Source of the DNA: Mobula hypostoma
Lineage: Eukaryota
DNA: 64,000 nucleotides
Direction: 5' to 3'
Assembly: GCF_963921235.1 (NCBI RefSeq)
Contig: NC_086097.1
Coordinates: 88,538,001 to 88,602,000 of the forward strand
The position numbers and the translations under genes are program-made. The notes under the pieces are model-generated. The model worked only from the letters and a program-made list of their open reading frames with translations, searched no databases and had not been told where the DNA came from. Shown here piece by piece: positions 62,434 through 64,000 of this stretch (position 1 is its first letter; every line of letters starts with the position of its first letter).

Positions 62434-64000
62434 TTGGGCATCACTGAATTATGGCTGAAAGAAGATTATAGCTGGGAGCTTAATATCCAAGGAAACACAT
62501 TATATTGAAAGGATAGGCAGGAAGGGCGCGAGTGCTCTGATGGTAAAATCAAATCATTAGAAAGAGGTGACATAGGGTGAGAAGATGATGAATCATTGCG
62601 CAAAGAGCTAAGTAATTACAAGGGTAGAAAGTTGCTGATGGGAATTGTATATAGACCCCCAGACTGTAGTGAGGATGTGGCCTACAAATTGCAATGGGAG
62701 ATAGAAAATGCATTCTAAAAGGGCAATATTAGAATAGTCATGGGGGAGTTCAATATGCAAGTTGATTGGGAAAATCACGCTGGTGCTGGATTACAAGAGG
62801 GGGAGTTTCTAGATGCATACAAGATGGCTTTTTAGAACAGCTCGTGGTTGAGCCCATGAGGAGATCAGCAATTCTGGATTTGGTGCTGTGCAATAAACCA
62901 GAATTGATTAGAGAGTTTACGGTAAAAGAACCCTTAAGAGAAGTGATCATAATGTGATTACATTTATGCTGAAATTTGAGAAAGAGAAGCTAAAGTCAGA
63001 TGTATCAGTATTGCAGCGGAGTAAAGGGAATTACAGAGACATGAAAAAGGAGTTGGCCAGAATTTATTGGAAAAGAACACTGGCAGGGATGACGGCTCAG
63101 CACAATGGCTGGAATTTCTGGAAGCAATCTGGAAGGCACAGGATATAAACATTACAAAGAGGAAGAGGTATGCTAAAGGAAAGGTGACACAACCATGGCT
63201 AACAAGAGAAGTCAAAGCCAACATAAAAGCCAAAGAGAGAGCGTATAATAGATCAAAAATTAGTGGGAAGTTAGAAGATCGGGAAGCTTTTAAAAACCAA
63301 CAGAAGGCAACTAAAAAAGTAATTAAGAAGGTAAAGATGGAATATGAAAGTTAGCTAGCCAATAATATTAAAAAGGATACCAAAAGTTTCTCCAGATACA
63401 TAAAGTGTAAAAGAGAAGCGAGAGTGGATACCAGACCCCTGCAAAATGATGCTGGAAAGGCAGTAATGGGGGTCAACGAAATGGCAGATGAACTGAATAA
63501 GTATTTTGCGTTAGACTTCACTGTGGAAGACACCAGCAGTATGGTGGAAATTCCAGCAATCAGGGGTCATGAAATGTGTGCAGTTACCATAACTAGAAAG
63601 AAAGCTTTTAAGAAACTGAAAGGTCTGAAGGTAGGTATGTCACCTGGACCTTATGGTATACACCCCAAGTTTCTGAAAGAGGTGGATAAAGAGATCGCGG
63701 AGGCATTAATAATGATCTTTCAAGAAAACTAGATTCTGGAATAGTTCCAGAAGACAGGAAAATTGCAAATATCACTTCATTCTTCAGGAAGGGAGAGAGG
63801 CAGAAGAAAGGAAACTATAGACTAGTTAGTCTAACTGAAGTAGATAGGAAGATGTTGGACTTAATTATTAAGGATGTGGTCTCAAGATACTTGGAGGCAC
63901 ATGATAAAATAGGCCATAGTCAGTATGTTTTCCTGAAGGGAAAATCTTGCCTGAAAATCTGTTAGAATTCAAAGGTTTCAAAGGTACATTTAATGTCAGA

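Larger units (their letters stand above)
56360..63968 (+). mobile_element. Older chimeric CR1 LINE (56360-57895 and 62436-63968) split by a younger CR1
   Basis: Decayed ORF1 (WVTVRKGK, VMVHVGTNDMG, ending GLN* at 57500); endonuclease reads ...IRDV|LGITELWLKEDYSWELNIQG across the insertion; AILDLVLCN, QPWLTREVK, MADELNKYF, KGKSCL. Confidence 0.88.

Overview
Eukaryotic, repeat-dense vertebrate DNA. The repeat set (HE1/V-type SINEs, CR1 LINEs with esterase ORF1, Rex1/Babar, Penelope-like elements) points to a cartilaginous fish, probably a ray (inference). The only host coding sequence I can support is one 100-bp + strand exon (36232-36331) encoding [33 protein letters not shown](G), the start of the DEP domain of RGS6, ending in a non-canonical GC donor. 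The window is therefore most likely two very large RGS6 introns. The rest is transposable elements, often nested: a young near-full-length CR1 with intact ORF1 inside an older CR1, a decayed Gypsy provirus, a Tc1 transposon, Tc1/mariner/hAT MITEs, L1/Tx1 and Rex1 fragments, and Penelope-like fragments. Most interesting signals: (1) three divergent CR1 copies all end ORF1 with the slippery heptamer T_TTA_AAC directly before the stop, and in two of them ORF2 lies in the -1 frame, suggesting programmed -1 ribosomal frameshifting; (2) multiple minimal hammerhead-ribozyme motifs in Penelope-like termini, some in palindromic arrangements; (3) the GC-AG RGS6 intron; (4) monomer-array CR1 5' UTRs; (5) a palindromic mariner-derived element with nested TIRs. 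Repeat boundaries were read by eye and are approximate unless a TSD or TIR is quoted.
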